Position numbers and translations under genes: made by a program | The notes under the pieces: generated by a model | What the model was told of the DNA's origin: nothing | What the model saw: only the letters and a program-made list of their open reading frames with translations | Databases searched by the model: none | In this document: one piece after another, positions 25,387-26,249 of the stretch | How the letters are laid out: each line of letters begins with the position of its first letter | How positions within the stretch are numbered: the stretch's first letter is position 1 | From: a virus | Lineage: Duplodnaviria > Caudoviricetes | Direction: 5' to 3' (one strand) | Length of the DNA: 26,249 bases | Virus record (IMG/VR): IMGVR_UViG_3300020045_004425 | Span: 1-26,249 of that record

Positions 25387-25842
25387 TTAATAAATTGGCG
25401 GTTGTGGTTTTTGTATTTGTTGGTAGTGGGTAATTTGACAAGTAAGCCATGCATTGGATTCTGTAATAAATTTTTTTCCGTCCTTTTTACAATCATAATA
25501 TTTAAAATCGATAAATAAAACTTCTCCTAATTCTTTATCAATCCAACCTGTAAATTCTTCGTCGAATTTATTACAAGGAATAAATCTAAAAAACTCTTTT
25601 TCTTTCGGCAAATCATCTTCGCTTTCAATCTTAATCCAACCTTTGTTATTTTCGATTCCTTGTAGGGATTTAGGACGCCAATTATATTGATTTCCTGTTC
25701 TAGTCTGCCAAGGTATTTCTAATATGATTTTATCAAAATTAACACCTCTGCGAATATTACACCATCCATTTTCGTTAACATAATCTTTTACGGCATACCA
25801 ATACTTTCCGTATGATTCCTGTATTTTTTCTTCTTTTGTCAT
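25387..25842 (-). CDS. DUF551-like phage protein
   Basis: GWIKIESEDDLP...ITHYQQIQKPQPPIY. Confidence 0.7.
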   Translation of the reverse strand: MTKEEKIQESYGKYWYAVKDYVNENGWCNIRRGVNFDKIILEIPWQTRTGNQYNWRPKSLQGIENNKGWIKIESEDDLPKEKEFFRFIPCNKFDEEFTGWIDKELGEVLFIDFKYYDCKKDGKKFITESNAWLTCQITHYQQIQKPQPPIY

Positions 25843-25855
25843 CTTGTATAAGTTT

Positions 25856-26119
25856 TTAATTTAAATTCATTTTTGACTCATAAATATAATACGTTTCAAT
25901 TGTTTTCATCGGATAATATTTAGTAAATGATTTTTCTTTTTGTGAAGTTTCAAATAACTTTATTATCAATCTAAATGAATTTTCATTGTAGTAATTTAAT
26001 CCTTTTTTTGTGCTTTCAGGACTTAATTTTAATGTCCTAATTTTATCGTAAACTGTAACGGAGCTAAAGCCGGTAATAGCTGCAATTTGCTTAACTGTGT
26101 AGGTGTTGGTTGATTTCAT
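25856..26119 (-). CDS. HTH DNA-binding protein (87 aa)
   Basis: YTVKQIAAITGFSSVTVYDKIR. Confidence 0.7.
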   Translation of the reverse strand: MKSTNTYTVKQIAAITGFSSVTVYDKIRTLKLSPESTKKGLNYYNENSFRLIIKLFETSQKEKSFTKYYPMKTIETYYIYESKMNLN

Positions 26120-26249
26120 AACTTCACCCCAATTTTAACAAATCCACTATTACGCATTTCGCTAGGTTCATTATAAAATTCAAAGTCACCTCTTTTATCG
26201 CGTGTCATTCTAACGCCTAAAACTAACGAACCAATAACATAATCGATTC
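26116..26249 (-). CDS. C-terminal part of a protein (5' truncated), possibly an outer-membrane beta-barrel
   Basis: Open frame ...IDYVIGSLVLGVRMTRDKRGDFEFYNEPSEMRNSGFVKIGVKL*, with ATGA coupling to the next gene. Confidence 0.5.
   Translation of the reverse strand, partial: IDYVIGSLVLGVRMTRDKRGDFEFYNEPSEMRNSGFVKIGVKL

Noticed and set aside
14786-25450. Longer track starts for 14366..14812, 15756..17171 and 25175..25450 (also 8717)
   Set aside because: They overlap upstream genes or hairpins more deeply; downstream ATGs at 14785, 17141, 25384 and 8702 fit gene packing better.
25859-25877. ATTTAAATTCATTTTTGAC as another Fur-like box
   Set aside because: Only 12/19 match and no TAnnTTTG at the 54-bp offset; expected by chance in AT-rich DNA.
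1-26249. Diversity-generating retroelement, stop-codon recoding, introns/inteins, tRNAs, integrase/att sites
   Set aside because: No reverse transcriptase or TR/VR pair seen. Genes are full length under the standard code with normal-sized TerL and helicase. No cloverleaf or recombinase was recognised by eye, so prophage versus free phage cannot be decided.

Overview
An AT-rich segment of a tailed dsDNA phage or prophage (siphovirus-like) of Bacteroidota, most likely Flavobacterium or a relative. Host assignment rests on TAnnTTTG promoters, a Q-rule signal peptide and DUF6371/DUF3987-type replication genes. All credible genes are on the minus strand. In transcription order (high to low coordinates): small early genes, a DNA methyltransferase, an SF2 helicase, a VRR-NUC nuclease, a 73-aa ADP-ribosyltransferase-like protein, an HTH protein, a primase-like protein, a DUF3987 ATPase, an iteron-rich putative origin, a small promoter-driven cassette, TerS/TerL, tail genes, tape measure, protease/scaffold, major capsid, tail tube, portal, connector, a baseplate-like gene, a second small-gene cassette, and a truncated fibre-like protein with a signal peptide. 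No integrase, lysis genes, tRNA or CRISPR array were seen. Highlights: (1) two accessory cassettes share an identical promoter plus a 19-bp Fur-box-like palindrome at exactly the same spacing; (2) a signal-peptide-bearing tail-fibre-like protein; (3) a minimal stand-alone ART-fold protein; (4) a helically phased iteron origin; (5) terminators placed just before late gene blocks. Product calls come from motif recognition and gene context only; no searches were run.
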